In this document: positions 1 through 11,062 of the stretch, one piece after another
Position numbering within the stretch: the stretch's first letter is position 1
Layout of the letters: every line of letters starts with the position of its first letter
Assembly (NCBI GenBank): GCA_903916735.1
Contig: CAIWXX010000053.1
Span: 26,260-90,259 of the forward strand
Source: an uncultured Acidobacteriota bacterium
Lineage (GTDB): Bacteria; Acidobacteriota; CAIWXX01
DNA: 64,000 bases
Reading direction: 5' to 3'
Notes under the pieces: generated by a model
What the model was told of the DNA's origin: nothing
Seen by the model: only the letters and a program-made list of their open reading frames with translations
The model's database searches: none
Program-made: the position numbers and the translations under genes

Positions 1-601
1 ACAACATCAAGAAGCCGCGCTCAGCGGGAAAATTGTCAAACACAATATCCATGATCGTGTTCAGCACCTGATCCAGTGGCTGCACTTTGATGATGGATTC
101 GACGACCTTGGTTAGGAATTTGAGCGCGTTATATTTTTTCCGAAGGTCCATCCCTTCCGGAGTGAGGACTGCAGCATGACGCGCAAGAGAACCATCCTCA
201 GATGTATCCTCGGTGCCATAAGCTTTGACGATATCGCCGACGGACATGATGTATGTGCCAACGCCGGAATCGAGTGGATTCCCTTCGACCATGTGGACGT
301 TCTCTTCGGCGCTGTAGCGTATCTTGATCGGGAATCCGCCGATGAGGATTTCATCCCCGTCCTTCAGAGGGACCTCAACAATGGGGCGCCCGTTAACCTT
401 CGTCCCGTTAAGCGTCCCAAGATCGGCGACTGTGCAACCATCCGGCCCAACTTGGATCCTGCAATGCCTCCGCGAAATCCCTATATCCTGGAGAGTCAGA
501 TCATTGTCTCGCGCACGGCCGATAATGATTTCAGGACGAGTGAGCGCAAAAGTTTTTTGAACCCCTTTATCCTGATAGATGAGCGTATACATCGATGTTT
601 T
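1..601 (-). CDS. FHA domain protein (N-terminal FHA, then start of a GAF-like domain). 3' end lies outside the window. Not in the ORF track because it has no in-window stop.
   Basis: Reverse-strand translation from ATG at 601: MYTLIYQDKGVQKTFALTRPEIIIGRARDNDLTLQDIGISRRHCRIQ...NGTKVNGRPI (FHA signature G-R...SRRH...NGT), then ...MDLRKKYNALKFLTKVVESIIKVQPLDQVLNTIMDIVFDNFPAERGFLML running off position 1. Confidence 0.7.
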
Positions 602-933
602 TAATAAGGTCTTTCCGCCACTTGATATCTTATCAACCGATCAATGTCCAAGCAAATGGAAACGCTCTTATCCGCCGGCATTGAGTTTGACGATGAGATT
701 CTTTTCTTTTCGAAACAGCAGAGAGGGGCCTACTCTCGCTCCCCTCATCTACATCGCGGCACCTCTGCAGCGACCGACCGTCCACTCAACTGACTGAGCA
801 CGACTCGGGAGATCGGACAATTTATTGAGACGCCGCGTGGTCATGGGAAGACGCTCCGATTCATGCCTCGACACCCCAACAGACTCGAATCCATATTGGG
901 GATTCTGCTCTCACACATTGATCTGCCGGTTTT

Positions 934-1974
934 TCATACGGAGTTGGTGATGTGATTCCGATCCTCCGGCCCCTTGCCAAGCGGGTATTCTTCTTTCAAT
1001 TCACGTTCCATCAGTCCGCGGAGTGCATCAGATGGGGATTTGTCCTCGTAAAGGATCGCGTACATTTCCATGGTGATAGGCATTTCAACACCGATACGAC
1101 GTGCGAGTTGAGTGGCCGATCGCGTCGTTCGAACTCCTTCGGCAACCTGGAGCATTCCGCTGAGTATTTCCGACAGCTTGCGCCCTCGACCCAGTTGCTC
1201 TCCCACCGACCGGTTGCGTGAAAGTGACCCGGTGCTGGTCAAAACGAGATCTCCGATTCCCGCCAAGCCGGCCATCGTTTCAGCGCGGGCGCCCATGGCA
1301 ACGGCCAGCCGCGTGATTTCGTGCAGCCCGCGGGTGATGAGTGCGGCCTGAGTATTGAGGCCATAGCCCATGCCGGAAACGACACCCGAAGCAAGGGCGA
1401 TCACATTCTTGAGAGATGCCGCAATCTCGACACCGACAACATCCGTGTGAACATAGATTCGGAAGTTACTCGTCGTTAGTGCTCGTTGAAATTCCCGAGC
1501 AAGGCCTTGATCGTGCGACGCAATCGCAACCGCCGTGGGGTGTTCCCGACCAACCTCCAGAGCGAAGCTCGGCCCTGCCATCACGGCATAACCACTCATG
1601 TGACTCACTACCTCTGCTGCCACCTGCTCCATGCGAAGGCAGGAATCCTCTTCAATGCCCTTCGTCGCACTCAGAACCCTGATTGGCCGGCTGACGGCAC
1701 TATCAATCCTCCGGTAAATACCGCGGCAGAAGTGCGATGGTACAACGACAAGGTGCGTCTCTGAGAAGTTCGCACACTCATCAATGTCCTGTGTCGCGGT
1801 GATCAACTCAGGAATTCGACAGCCAGGCAGATATCGGGCGTTCTCCCGTGTCGTGTTGATCTCTTCGGCCAGACCGGTATCGTAGACCCAGAGCCTGACC
1901 GTGTGGCCGGCCCGCGCTGACTGGATTGAGACCGCCGTACCCCATGTGCCTCCTCCAAAAATCGAAAGCTTCAT
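934..1974 (-). CDS. gpsA: NAD(P)H-dependent glycerol-3-phosphate dehydrogenase
   Basis: MKLSIFGGGTWGTAVS NAD-binding fold. Full-length GpsA-like architecture (~347 aa) from the internal Met at 1974. Immediately downstream of plsY, as usual. Confidence 0.85.
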   Translation of the reverse strand: MKLSIFGGGTWGTAVSIQSARAGHTVRLWVYDTGLAEEINTTRENARYLPGCRIPELITATQDIDECANFSETHLVVVPSHFCRGIYRRIDSAVSRPIRVLSATKGIEEDSCLRMEQVAAEVVSHMSGYAVMAGPSFALEVGREHPTAVAIASHDQGLAREFQRALTTSNFRIYVHTDVVGVEIAASLKNVIALASGVVSGMGYGLNTQAALITRGLHEITRLAVAMGARAETMAGLAGIGDLVLTSTGSLSRNRSVGEQLGRGRKLSEILSGMLQVAEGVRTTRSATQLARRIGVEMPITMEMYAILYEDKSPSDALRGLMERELKEEYPLGKGPEDRNHITNSV

Positions 1975-1987
1975 CTGATAAACCCCT

Positions 1988-2644
1988 TCACGCTTCCGCC
2001 ACCGGTCCCGTACGCGAACTGTCGTCCGGTGGGCAGGCATTTTCGACCACAGCGGTTGCTCTTCGACTCTTTCCAAACTTCGGCTCACGGCCACGCAACA
2101 GCCGTTCGATATTGGCACTATGCCGAATACCAATGAGCGCCGCCACGATGGCGCCGGACCAGACAACCTCCTCTGGAGAACCAAAAGACCAGGCCAGCAA
2201 CGGGAACATTCCCGCCGAGGTGATCGAGGCCAGTGACACGATCCGCGTCGTCAATACGACAAGCGCGAATATCCCCAACACGACCAGGACCGCCTTCGGG
2301 CACAGTGCCATAAAAACCCCTGCGCCGACAGCCACCCCCTTGCCACCTCTAAATTTCAGAAAAATGGAAAAGCTGTGTCCCACCACCGCTGCGATGGCCA
2401 CTGCAACACCTTGCAGCAGGCCGAAATAATGCAACGCCAGAAGCACCATGATCGTACCCTTGAGAAAATCCAGAATGAATGTGGCGGCACCTGCTCCTTT
2501 GCCAACACTTCTAATAACATTCGTGGCTCCAATGTTCCCACTGCCTTTGGTTCTGATATCCCCGACGCCGAATATCTTCGCAATGAGAAATCCAAATGGG
2601 ATGGAGCCCACCAAGTATGCGATCATTATGAGTGCATACGTCAT
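1988..2644 (-). CDS. plsY: glycerol-3-phosphate acyltransferase PlsY
   Basis: MTYALIMIAYLVGSIPFGFLIAKIFGVGDIRTKGSGNIGATNVIRSVGKGAGAATFILDFLKG is the PlsY signature. Polytopic membrane protein. Start taken at the internal Met; the ORF could extend to 2746. Confidence 0.85.
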   Translation of the reverse strand: MTYALIMIAYLVGSIPFGFLIAKIFGVGDIRTKGSGNIGATNVIRSVGKGAGAATFILDFLKGTIMVLLALHYFGLLQGVAVAIAAVVGHSFSIFLKFRGGKGVAVGAGVFMALCPKAVLVVLGIFALVVLTTRIVSLASITSAGMFPLLAWSFGSPEEVVWSGAIVAALIGIRHSANIERLLRGREPKFGKSRRATAVVENACPPDDSSRTGPVAEA

Positions 2645-2827
2645 GCTTTTCCTCCAATTTCCAGCAGCATGATCCCTCTGATCAAAATCATGAGCATCAA
2701 TACCATCGCGATAATCGGCGACGTGAAATGGCATCGGACTCGGCAATATCGATGGAGTAATCCTTGCTCATCATCCGCCACCATCACACGCATTTACCCA
2801 TGATCATGAAGACTTCCGCTGCCTCTC

Positions 2828-3409
2828 CTAGACGCTTTCAGACAAAGGCCTCCCCAGCACATGAACCGAGATCTCTTTGTGAATCGCTCCAGACGGGGCA
2901 AGAATTGACTGGAAGAATACAAGCCGATCGAAAAAAAAGGAGATCGGCTCGACAACAACTCCCTCCATAGCCCTCCCTTGCAGCCGTCCTGAGTCCTTTC
3001 CAGGCCGCCGGCGGCCAAGAGTCAGATGGGGTGTGAATTGGCGCTGTTCTTGCTCAAAGCCAAAACCATCAAGAGCATCCTCCACCGATCGTTGTACAGT
3101 CACTGCATTCCCTCCGTCCTCTACGCCGACCCAGATAACTCGAGGAGCCGATGAGTTTGGAAATGCACCCAGCTTCGACTGAAGCTGTGCGGGCCACGGT
3201 GCGTATGACGCCACCAAGGCACGAAGGCCGGCTGTGATTTGTGGCGCTTGCCCTTCATCGATATCCCCCAAAAACTTCACAGTCAAGTGGATCTGGCCGG
3301 CCGGTACAAACCGAACAGCGCGCCCACAGAGACGTTCGAGTTGGTTAATCGTTCGGCTGAGCACCGCTTGCACCTCCCTGGGAAGAGGCAGCGCGATGAA
3401 TGCCCTCAT
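2828..3409 (-). CDS. thpR: RNA 2',3'-cyclic phosphodiesterase (2H phosphoesterase, ThpR/LigT family)
   Basis: Two H-x-T-x motifs (HLTVKFLG and HLTLGRR). ~190 aa. ATGA start/stop overlap with cinA. Confidence 0.75.
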   Translation of the reverse strand: MRAFIALPLPREVQAVLSRTINQLERLCGRAVRFVPAGQIHLTVKFLGDIDEGQAPQITAGLRALVASYAPWPAQLQSKLGAFPNSSAPRVIWVGVEDGGNAVTVQRSVEDALDGFGFEQEQRQFTPHLTLGRRRPGKDSGRLQGRAMEGVVVEPISFFFDRLVFFQSILAPSGAIHKEISVHVLGRPLSESV

Positions 3410-4662
3410 GACGCACTCTCTTCACTCAATGACATCCTCACCATATCCAAAGCGCGTTGTGTGGCCTGAAATCTCACAATGGGTCTCTCCCCGAGAAAGC
3501 GATTTTCTGTGGTCTGAACGCGTTTCATCGTAGCCACTGAGATATAGACAAGTCCCACAGGCTTGGTTTCCGTGCCTCCGGAAGGGCCGGCAATCCCTGT
3601 AATTGACACTCCGAGATCCGCATCGCTCCGCGATCGTACTCCAGAGGCCATGGCTTCAGCCACCGGCGCCGAAACTGCACCGAATGTTTCAATGAGTTCA
3701 GGCGAAACCCCCACATCATGGATTTTTGAACGGTTGGTATAGCAGACATAGCCACGCAGAAGATAGGCCGAACTTCCTGGCACATCAGTCAACCTCGCCG
3801 TCAGCAACCCTCCAGTACAACTCTCAGCGGTGGCGATAGTGCAGCCCATAACCTGCAATTTTCGGCCAACGACCATTTCGAGGGTTTCATCATCAATACC
3901 GTAAATACGGTCCCCCAACTTTTGACGAAACTTCTCTTCCACATCGGCGATGAGCTCATCAGCGGTGTGACGGCCATCGGCTATCGCCCTCAGGTGCAAC
4001 TCGATCGCCCCAGGCGAAGCCAGAATCGTCACAGACGGATTCTGGAGATTTTTATAGATCGGACCAACCAGCGAGTCGGTATACGATTCAGTCAGACCAG
4101 TGATACGAAGAATTCGCGTGTGCATGGCCACTCCGCCGGCTTGACCGGCAATTCGCCGCATCACTTCTCTTTCAAACATCGGGTAAACTTCGCGCGGCGG
4201 CCCAGGCAGCATCAGAATCGTACAATCCCCCGGAATCCACTGACCTGGCGCCGTGCCGAATTGATTCCTTAAAAGCTCCGCCCCTTCCAAGAGGTCCGCC
4301 TGCCGGAGATTATTTTCAGTCAGCGGCCTCCCGGCTCTCGCGAAACGCTCCGTCATGTAAGCAATCCATGAATCATCTCTGACGAATCGCTTTCCTGTTG
4401 CGCAGCTGACTGCTTCTCGCGTTCGGTCATCTTCAGTCGGCCCGAGCCCACCCATGGTGATCAGGAGGTCCGTTCGAGTCATACCATCGCGGATGGCCTT
4501 GATGAGATCATCAACGTCATCTCCGACGACCGTTTTTCGCCGCACTTCAATTCCCACCTCATTTAGCTTGCGAGTCAGGAAAAGAGAGTTAGTGTCGGAA
4601 CGAAGCGGCGTCAGGAGCTCTGAACCGATCGCGATGATTTCAGCCGTGCATAATTTTCGCAT
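3406..4662 (-). CDS. cinA: competence/damage-inducible protein CinA (MoCF-like N-domain plus PncC-like nicotinamide-nucleotide amidohydrolase C-domain)
   Basis: N-terminal LLITMGGLGPTEDDRTREAV. C-terminal ...TAESCTGGLL... CinA motif. 418 aa. Confidence 0.85.
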   Translation of the reverse strand: MRKLCTAEIIAIGSELLTPLRSDTNSLFLTRKLNEVGIEVRRKTVVGDDVDDLIKAIRDGMTRTDLLITMGGLGPTEDDRTREAVSCATGKRFVRDDSWIAYMTERFARAGRPLTENNLRQADLLEGAELLRNQFGTAPGQWIPGDCTILMLPGPPREVYPMFEREVMRRIAGQAGGVAMHTRILRITGLTESYTDSLVGPIYKNLQNPSVTILASPGAIELHLRAIADGRHTADELIADVEEKFRQKLGDRIYGIDDETLEMVVGRKLQVMGCTIATAESCTGGLLTARLTDVPGSSAYLLRGYVCYTNRSKIHDVGVSPELIETFGAVSAPVAEAMASGVRSRSDADLGVSITGIAGPSGGTETKPVGLVYISVATMKRVQTTENRFLGERPIVRFQATQRALDMVRMSLSEESAS

Positions 4663-5138
4663 CAGAGCACATGAAAAAAGATGAGGAGACGCACGGCGAT
4701 GTTCGCATACAAAGCCGCCACAAGATCATCGAGTACGATGCCCCAACCACCTGGAAGTTTTTCACATCGCCGACCTGGAAACGGTTTTAGGATATCAGAA
4801 ACGCGAAAGAGCAAAAAGCCCGCCAAAAGCGCCTTCCACGAAAATGGGATGAACAGCATCGTCAGAAGCATCCCGGCGATTTCGTCGATGACAACGGCGG
4901 ACGGGTCCTTTTTCCCAAAATGTTCCTCGGCCGCACTGGAGCTGACAATAGCCACGATCGTCATGACAGCGAAGCCGATGCCGACCGCGAGATCTCCACC
5001 GAAACGGAGTGCCAGATAGATGGGAATGGCGACGACCGTGCCGATGGTTCCAGGCGCTATTGGAAAATATCCCGAATAAAATCCCGTTGCGAGGAAAACC
5101 GCAATCCCCTGGCCAGTGCGAGACGAGTGATCATTCAT
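4662..5138 (-). CDS. pgpA: phosphatidylglycerophosphatase A
   Basis: GFYSGYFPIAPGTIGTVVAIPIYL ... AVVIDEIAGMLL ... FRVSDILKPFP matches the PgpA family. 158 aa. Confidence 0.85.
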   Translation of the reverse strand: MNDHSSRTGQGIAVFLATGFYSGYFPIAPGTIGTVVAIPIYLALRFGGDLAVGIGFAVMTIVAIVSSSAAEEHFGKKDPSAVVIDEIAGMLLTMLFIPFSWKALLAGFLLFRVSDILKPFPGRRCEKLPGGWGIVLDDLVAALYANIAVRLLIFFHVL

Positions 5139-6517
5139 TGCCGTACACCCCTGAGGTCATATGCCGATGCCCCTGTTATGCGGACATTGACGTAGTCGCC
5201 GGGATCGAGACGCCGGGAGTCGCTATCCGGACTCATCCTCATTCTTGTGATTCCATCGATCTCCGGCGCCTGACCGGAAATTCTACACAAGTAGTAATTT
5301 GAACCGATCCCCTCGACGACAGCTTCGTGATGCTCACCGATCCGCGCCCGATTGATATTCGCGCTGATCTCATTTTGGACGCGCATGAGGATTGATCGAC
5401 GATGGCGTTTCTCCTGCTGTGAAACCGGGTCGCCAAGCCCCCATGCCTCCGTCCCCTCTTCACGCGAGTATGTGAAAACACCGACGTGATCGATGCTCGC
5501 ATCACGGAGAAACGAGACGAGCTCCTTAAAACGTCGCTGAGTTTCTGTCGGGAAGCCAACCATAAAAGAACTGCGCAGGAAAATGCCAGGAACGACACTA
5601 CGAATTTTGTCTATCAACTTGGTCGTCGACATCCGATCGCCCCCTCTCCTCATGGCTGCCAATACGTCGCCCTGACAGTGTTGAAGAGGAATGTCCAAAT
5701 ATTTGCAGACTTTGGATTCGCCGGCGATCATCTCGAGCAGTTTCCGGGTGACTCGTGTCGGATAGAGGTACATGATCCGAATCCATCGAACTTCCCTGAG
5801 GGCGGCGAGCCGTTGGATGAGAGATATCAAATCAGGCGTCCCAGGCAGATCCTTCCCGTAGTTGGTTGTATCCTGGGCGATGAGGATGAGTTCGGTGGCA
5901 CCATGCGACGCCAGCTCAGCAGCTTCCTCCACCAGTTCATCGATAGGTCGAGACTGCTGCAGACCTCGAATTCCGGGGATCGCACAGAATGAGCATTTCC
6001 GGCTGCACCCTTCAGCGATCTTCAAGTAGGCCAGGTGAGGCGGCCCAGTGAGTGCTCGAAAGGGCTCTTTGCCGCTCGGTTGTGGCGATTTCACTCCAAT
6101 GATTTCCGGGATGGCTTCCTGCCCGAAGACGCCAACCCAAGCATCGACTTCTGGAAGCTCTCGACGCAGCTCGTCCACATATCTTTGCACGAGACAACCG
6201 GTAACGATCAGCTGCTTCTTTCCATTTTTTAACCGAGCCATTTCCAGAATCGTCTTGATGCTTTCGCGCTTGGCATCCGTTATGAATCCACATGTGTTGA
6301 CGATCATGACATCAGCCGATTCCGGATCTGAGACGATGTCACATCCTGCGGCATTCAATCGCCCCAGCATTTTCTGAGAGTCGACGAGATTTTTCGGGCA
6401 CCCGAGACTCACAAGGCCAACACGAATTCCGGATTCCGACGTCCGTCCTCCAAGCCATGATTGGGAGACCCCGCCTCGTGCAAGGTGCGAGCCTGGACAG
6501 GGCGCTGCGTTCTTCAA
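5135..6517 (-). CDS. rimO: radical-SAM methylthiotransferase, RimO type (ribosomal protein S12 methylthiotransferase)
   Basis: VGLVSLGCPKNLVDSQ MTTase N-domain. Radical-SAM CxxxCxxC (EGCSRKCSFCAIP). C-terminal TRAM-like region. The true start is probably downstream of the first Met. Confidence 0.7.
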   Translation of the reverse strand: MKNAAPCPGSHLARGGVSQSWLGGRTSESGIRVGLVSLGCPKNLVDSQKMLGRLNAAGCDIVSDPESADVMIVNTCGFITDAKRESIKTILEMARLKNGKKQLIVTGCLVQRYVDELRRELPEVDAWVGVFGQEAIPEIIGVKSPQPSGKEPFRALTGPPHLAYLKIAEGCSRKCSFCAIPGIRGLQQSRPIDELVEEAAELASHGATELILIAQDTTNYGKDLPGTPDLISLIQRLAALREVRWIRIMYLYPTRVTRKLLEMIAGESKVCKYLDIPLQHCQGDVLAAMRRGGDRMSTTKLIDKIRSVVPGIFLRSSFMVGFPTETQRRFKELVSFLRDASIDHVGVFTYSREEGTEAWGLGDPVSQQEKRHRRSILMRVQNEISANINRARIGEHHEAVVEGIGSNYYLCRISGQAPEIDGITRMRMSPDSDSRRLDPGDYVNVRITGASAYDLRGVRQ

Positions 6518-6537
6518 GACTCCCCCGATAGCACCGA

Positions 6538-7818
6538 TTAGGGATAGATCCTATAGAGAGTACGAGGGAAAGCGATTGTCTCTCGCAAGTGATCGATTCC
6601 GCACATCCAGGCGGTGACTCGTTCGATACCCATTCCGAATCCTGAGTGGGGAACCGAACCGTACCGCCGCAAATCCAGATACCAGGTGAAAGATTCCTTC
6701 GGAAGCTGGTGCTCTTCGATCCGCTTCAATAGAAGAGCATGGTCGTCGAGACGTTGTCCGCCTCCAATGATTTCCCCATAGCCTTCCGGAGCCAACACGT
6801 CGACGCCGAGAGCGATATTCGGGTCTTGAGGATCAGGCTTCATGTAGAAGGCTTTGACGGCGGTTGGGTAGCGATGGACGAGAACAGGGCTTTCATATTT
6901 GCTGGAGAGAAGGGTCTCTTCTGGAGATCCGAAGTCGTCACCCCATTTGATCTTTGATCCCTCCTTCTGAAGCACCTGAACCGCGTCAGTGTAGCTGATT
7001 CTCGGGAAGGGCTTCTTGACTCGGCGGAGCTTTTCGATATCTCGTTCAAGCACTGACAGTTCTCGCTGCCGATTCTCAAGCACTCTCTGAATGATGAAGT
7101 GAATAAAATCCTCGGCGAGTTGCATTGTGTCATCGAGATCAGCGAAGGCCATCTCGGGTTCAATCATCCAGAACTCGGTCAGATGCCGTCGCGTTTTGGA
7201 TTTTTCAGCGCGAAAAGCCGGGCCGAAACAATAAACCTTGCCGAAGGCCGCGGCGGTGGCTTCGCTGTAAAGCTGCCCGCTCTGAGTGAGATATGCCTTG
7301 TCATCAAAGTACTGGGTCTCGAAAAGCGTCGTTGTGCCTTCACAAGCGGCAGGGGTAAAGATCGGCGTATCGATCAGCGTGAAGCCATTGCCATCGAAGA
7401 AATCGCGGCTTGCCTTTATGACTTCCGCCCGAATGCGAAGGACGGCCCACTGCCTCTGGCTCCTGAGCCACAGATGACGGTTTTCCATCAAAAAGGCCGT
7501 GCCATGTTCTTTGAGAGTAATCGGGTATTCATCGGCAATCTGAACGATGTCGATGCTCGTGGCTTCCATCTCATAGCCGCCCGGCGCCCTGGCATCCGCT
7601 CTGATACGGCCAATCACCTTCACTGAGGATTCCTGAGTCAGCCGATCAAAGGCATCCATCAGCTCGGGTTTTGCTATCACGACCTGGATGATGCCCGTGC
7701 CGTCGCGGACTAGCAGAAACCGGATCTTTCCGCTACTCCGCTTATTGTAAACCCACCCGCAGATCAATGCCTCCTGCCCGTCGGAGACTGCAATTTTTTC
7801 AATCGTTGTTTGTGTCAT
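6538..7818 (-). CDS. asnS: asparagine--tRNA ligase (class II aaRS)
   Basis: N-terminal OB fold. Motif 2 [24 protein letters not shown] (AsnRS-type FWM.EPE.AF). Motif 3 GFGMGIERV. Start at MTQTTIEK. Confidence 0.8.
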   Translation of the reverse strand: MTQTTIEKIAVSDGQEALICGWVYNKRSSGKIRFLLVRDGTGIIQVVIAKPELMDAFDRLTQESSVKVIGRIRADARAPGGYEMEATSIDIVQIADEYPITLKEHGTAFLMENRHLWLRSQRQWAVLRIRAEVIKASRDFFDGNGFTLIDTPIFTPAACEGTTTLFETQYFDDKAYLTQSGQLYSEATAAAFGKVYCFGPAFRAEKSKTRRHLTEFWMIEPEMAFADLDDTMQLAEDFIHFIIQRVLENRQRELSVLERDIEKLRRVKKPFPRISYTDAVQVLQKEGSKIKWGDDFGSPEETLLSSKYESPVLVHRYPTAVKAFYMKPDPQDPNIALGVDVLAPEGYGEIIGGGQRLDDHALLLKRIEEHQLPKESFTWYLDLRRYGSVPHSGFGMGIERVTAWMCGIDHLRETIAFPRTLYRIYP

Positions 7819-8002
7819 ATTCTTGCCTTCATAATAAAAACATACATTATAGGGCAAGATGATTCAGTGCAACAAGCAAGCGATTCATACATCAGGAATT
7901 CCGCGACGGCGGATGCGTGAAGTAACACCGTTCTCGACAGTCACGCTCACACTTGATGCGGGGATTGTGTTATCCTGAGCTTGCAGGGAAGGCGGAACCA
8001 TC

Positions 8003-8491
8003 GTGAATTACAACGTACCCAAAGTCGGCATTATCGTCAAAGCCGTGATGACAGCCGGCACTCCCCGTGCCGGAAGGGTATTTCTTGCCGAGATCGCACG
8101 AGCCCATTCCGGCCCTGAACGATTGGAAGAGATGTTGAATCAATCCGAGCCCTTTATTCCGCTTTCGGGGAAAGGGAATTTCAGCATTTTGAACAAACGC
8201 CACCTGGTCTACTTAACGACCTCTGATCGAGGCGAAATTGATTACTATCGGAATCTCATAACGATCGCTCGAAGAGAAGACGTACGACTCATTCTCCGCG
8301 GCCGGAAAGCTCTCTCCGGCACACTTCTTATCGAAATGCCCATGGGCATGGATCGCGTTCTGGATTATCTGAACAGCCAGCGTGTTTTTCTTCCCTTGCT
8401 GGTCGGAAAGCTTCTCGCTTTGGTCAATTGTTCCAGCATCGTCAGCCTCACACCAACTAAACTCATATCTGCAAAGAAGAGACGCACCTGA
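8003..8491 (+). CDS. hypothetical protein
   Basis: 162-aa ORF with a GTG/ATG start ambiguity. No recognisable motifs. Assigned as coding on length and position only. Confidence 0.35.
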   Translation: MNYNVPKVGIIVKAVMTAGTPRAGRVFLAEIARAHSGPERLEEMLNQSEPFIPLSGKGNFSILNKRHLVYLTTSDRGEIDYYRNLITIARREDVRLILRGRKALSGTLLIEMPMGMDRVLDYLNSQRVFLPLLVGKLLALVNCSSIVSLTPTKLISAKKRRT

Positions 8492-8561
8492 CAGTGACAA
8501 CCGGAACACTGTTCTCTCTCAGAAACCTGCACCTGAAACCGAGCTATCCAAGGGTCTAGGA

Positions 8562-9488
8562 ATGAAATCCCGCAGTGCACTTTCTTTCGTTTTCGTTACT
8601 GTTCCTGTGCTTTTTCTGACACTCATGGCTGTCGTCACGGTTTTCATTCTCATGAGAGTGGCATTTCCAGAGAGGATGCATTCGGAGCTCACTCCATCAA
8701 GCCTCCTCATGAACTGCCAACAGATCGAACTCCGGACAACGGACAACATCAAGCTCCTCGGCTATTATGTTCCAGGAAAGGGCCCTTCTATTATTCTGTG
8801 CCATGACGCGGGCGCCAACTTGGGCGATCTTTTGCCGCTCGCATCGATGCTCAACCAGACGGGCTACTCGGTGTTGCTTTTCGACTTCCGTCGCCATGGA
8901 CGCAGCGCCGGATGGATTTCCACGATGGGGGCGCGAGAACAGTTGGATGTTCTTGCAGCCGTAACTTTTCTGAAATCCCGGGGCCTGCGGGGGAAAATCG
9001 GCCTTGTTGGAATTTCTATGGGAGGATATGCAGGCGCATTGGCGGCTGCCAAGGCTGATGAATTGGCATCGCTTATTCTCGTTGACCCCTACCCCAACCG
9101 AAGAATCCTTTTCCGTGATCGAATTGAAGAGCAATTCAAAATATCCAAGGGGCCACTCTCTCACATCATCGGATGGGTTTTCGCTCTTTGTACTCGCACG
9201 ACTGGCAGAAGATGGGATCTTGATGAGGTCCTCCCAACTCTTCACAATAAGTCAATCCTTTTCATTTCCAGCCAGACGACACCGCAAACTGACACCTACT
9301 GCCACAACCTCTACAACCGCACTCCGGAACCCAAGGAATTGGCCATCATCAAGGATTTCAATCGCACACTACTTCTCGGGTCGGATAAGGCTGCTCTCGA
9401 GCAGCGCATCACGCGCTTTTTCAAGTATTTTCTCCCGGCTGAACAGCACCAAGGGAGAGTCGTTTCAGCGGGAGGCACTAACCGGTGA
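8562..9488 (+). CDS. alpha/beta hydrolase fold protein with N-terminal TM/signal anchor
   Basis: Start MKSRSALSFVFVTVPVLFLTLMAVV preceded by an AGGA RBS. HG motif region ILCHDAGAN. Nucleophile elbow GISMGG. Longer ORF-track version 8382..9488. Confidence 0.7.
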   Translation: MKSRSALSFVFVTVPVLFLTLMAVVTVFILMRVAFPERMHSELTPSSLLMNCQQIELRTTDNIKLLGYYVPGKGPSIILCHDAGANLGDLLPLASMLNQTGYSVLLFDFRRHGRSAGWISTMGAREQLDVLAAVTFLKSRGLRGKIGLVGISMGGYAGALAAAKADELASLILVDPYPNRRILFRDRIEEQFKISKGPLSHIIGWVFALCTRTTGRRWDLDEVLPTLHNKSILFISSQTTPQTDTYCHNLYNRTPEPKELAIIKDFNRTLLLGSDKAALEQRITRFFKYFLPAEQHQGRVVSAGGTNR

Positions 9489-9562
9489 AGGTCGGTGGCT
9501 GCTTACTCCCCAGCCCTGTTTCTCAACCAGCAAGGCTTGATCTCGAAAGTGAAAAACCGGGT

Positions 9563-10000
9563 TTAGCTCTGGTGAGCCACCATCCGGGCTCGCTTCATCA
9601 GTTTGACTTCCGTGCCCTGTGTCCGGAGGAAACGAAATGCAACATCATCCATGAAGTGGCGCATGAAAAAGATGCCTCGTCCACAAGGCCTCAAGAGGTT
9701 CTCAGGGGCCGTTGGATCCGGTACGGAGGCTGGATCAAATCCAGTTCCTTCATCCCGTACCAGCATCGTGATACTGCCTAGAATGCCATAGAACCGTACC
9801 ATGACATGTTTCCCATCGCTACGCCGATTGCCATGAACGACTGCATTGTTGACAGATTCACGGAGAGCCATGCAGATATCGGACGTCTCTTCCTCGGAAA
9901 ATCCGAGTGTTTGGAGGATGCTGGAACATGCGCTGACTGCCAGTTCCGTGAACCGCAGATCACTGGCGAAGATCATTTCAAGAATCGGCCGTGGCCGCAT
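9563..10000 (-). CDS. anti-sigma regulatory factor / GHKL ATPase (RsbW/SpoIIAB-like Ser/Thr kinase)
   Basis: 145 aa, HATPase_c-like: ...ESVNNAVVHGN ... VRDEGTGFDP ... GRGIFFMRHFMDDV. Confidence 0.65.
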   Translation of the reverse strand: MRPRPILEMIFASDLRFTELAVSACSSILQTLGFSEEETSDICMALRESVNNAVVHGNRRSDGKHVMVRFYGILGSITMLVRDEGTGFDPASVPDPTAPENLLRPCGRGIFFMRHFMDDVAFRFLRTQGTEVKLMKRARMVAHQS

Positions 10001-10324
10001 TCAGTTCTTCCTCCAACCAGATTGAGCGTACTTGATCGCAGACAATTCTGTCAAGCCGCAGAAACCGAACGGGTGTCCTTCAGGAAAATTGCACACTGAT
10101 AGATTAAGGCACTGAATGGAACCACAGATGAACGCAGGCAAACACAGAAATACGGCATCTGATCTGTGTTTATCCGAGTTCATCTCTGGTTCCAAAGTTT
10201 TCCCTTTGCCTGAAACAATTTTGTCGCGCACCCGAACCGGGCGGTTCATCGTGTTGGCGAGCAAAAGCTCTATCGACTCAAAACTCTATGGACCGGCAAC
10301 TCTTCTTTTCTCATCGATCTGTTC

Positions 10325-10933
10325 ATGACGAAAACGCACACAATCTTCATGGTGCCAAGCTTGCGTCACGGGTATGCGTTGCTGATGAGAAGGGAGGAGA
10401 CATCCGACACGAGGCCCGGGAAGCAGCCCGGCATCTTGCTTCGTCTAAAAACCCGCTATTATCGCTGGACCGAGTCGGCGCTCGCTCAAGAGCGAGCTCT
10501 CAAGAAAGCCCGCAACGCTGAAATGACCGATATCCTCTACCCTTCATCAATGGGCGAGGAAGAGGCGATGCAACAATTCAAGATACGTGTCCGTCACGAA
10601 ATGCGGCATCACCTGATCTGGCTTCTCATCGATTTCCCGCTCTTGATCCCGGCGGCGCTGGCAATGGTGATTCCAGGGCCAAATATTTTTTTTCTATTTT
10701 GGGCAATACGAATTCTTGGTCATTATCACGCGTGGGATGGAGGCAAGCGGCTTCTCATGCAGGGGAAGACGACCTTTCGCCCCTCCGAGGTTCTCGATGC
10801 ATGGCAGAGGGTTCTTCGCGATGAACCACGAGAGAGATGGGATCCCGAACTGGAGCTTCTCGAGGACAAGATCGGCCTTCGGAAGCTCAGAAGAATCCTG
10901 CTCTGGCATGAGAAGCGCGACACAAAAGGATAG
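10325..10933 (+). CDS. hypothetical membrane protein
   Basis: 202 aa. Hydrophobic segments HLIWLLIDFPLLIPAALAMVIPGPNIFFLFWAIRILG. No family assignment. Confidence 0.4.
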   Translation: MTKTHTIFMVPSLRHGYALLMRREETSDTRPGKQPGILLRLKTRYYRWTESALAQERALKKARNAEMTDILYPSSMGEEEAMQQFKIRVRHEMRHHLIWLLIDFPLLIPAALAMVIPGPNIFFLFWAIRILGHYHAWDGGKRLLMQGKTTFRPSEVLDAWQRVLRDEPRERWDPELELLEDKIGLRKLRRILLWHEKRDTKG

Positions 10934-10986
10934 ATCGCCCATCAACCGCGGTATCGCACGCGTCGGAGAAATCGTCGTCACCGCAT

Positions 10987-11015
10987 GTTTCTAATTTTCG
11001 CTCAGGGAAATTTCA
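10987..11015. terminator. inverted repeat ctcaggga-N9-tccctgag between convergent genes (weak intrinsic-terminator candidate, no T-tract)
   Basis: gctcagggaaatttcaactccctgagagc between the end of 10325..10933(+) and the end of sctD(-). Confidence 0.25.
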
Positions 11016-11062
11016 ACTCCCTGAGAGCCCGCTTTGGCTGACCGCCTGATAGATGCAGGCAG

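Noticed and set aside
176-604. 142-aa plus-strand ORF in the track
   Set aside because: It lies antisense to a well-supported FHA-domain CDS on the minus strand that was missed by the track (no in-window stop). High-GC antisense ORFs are common artefacts.
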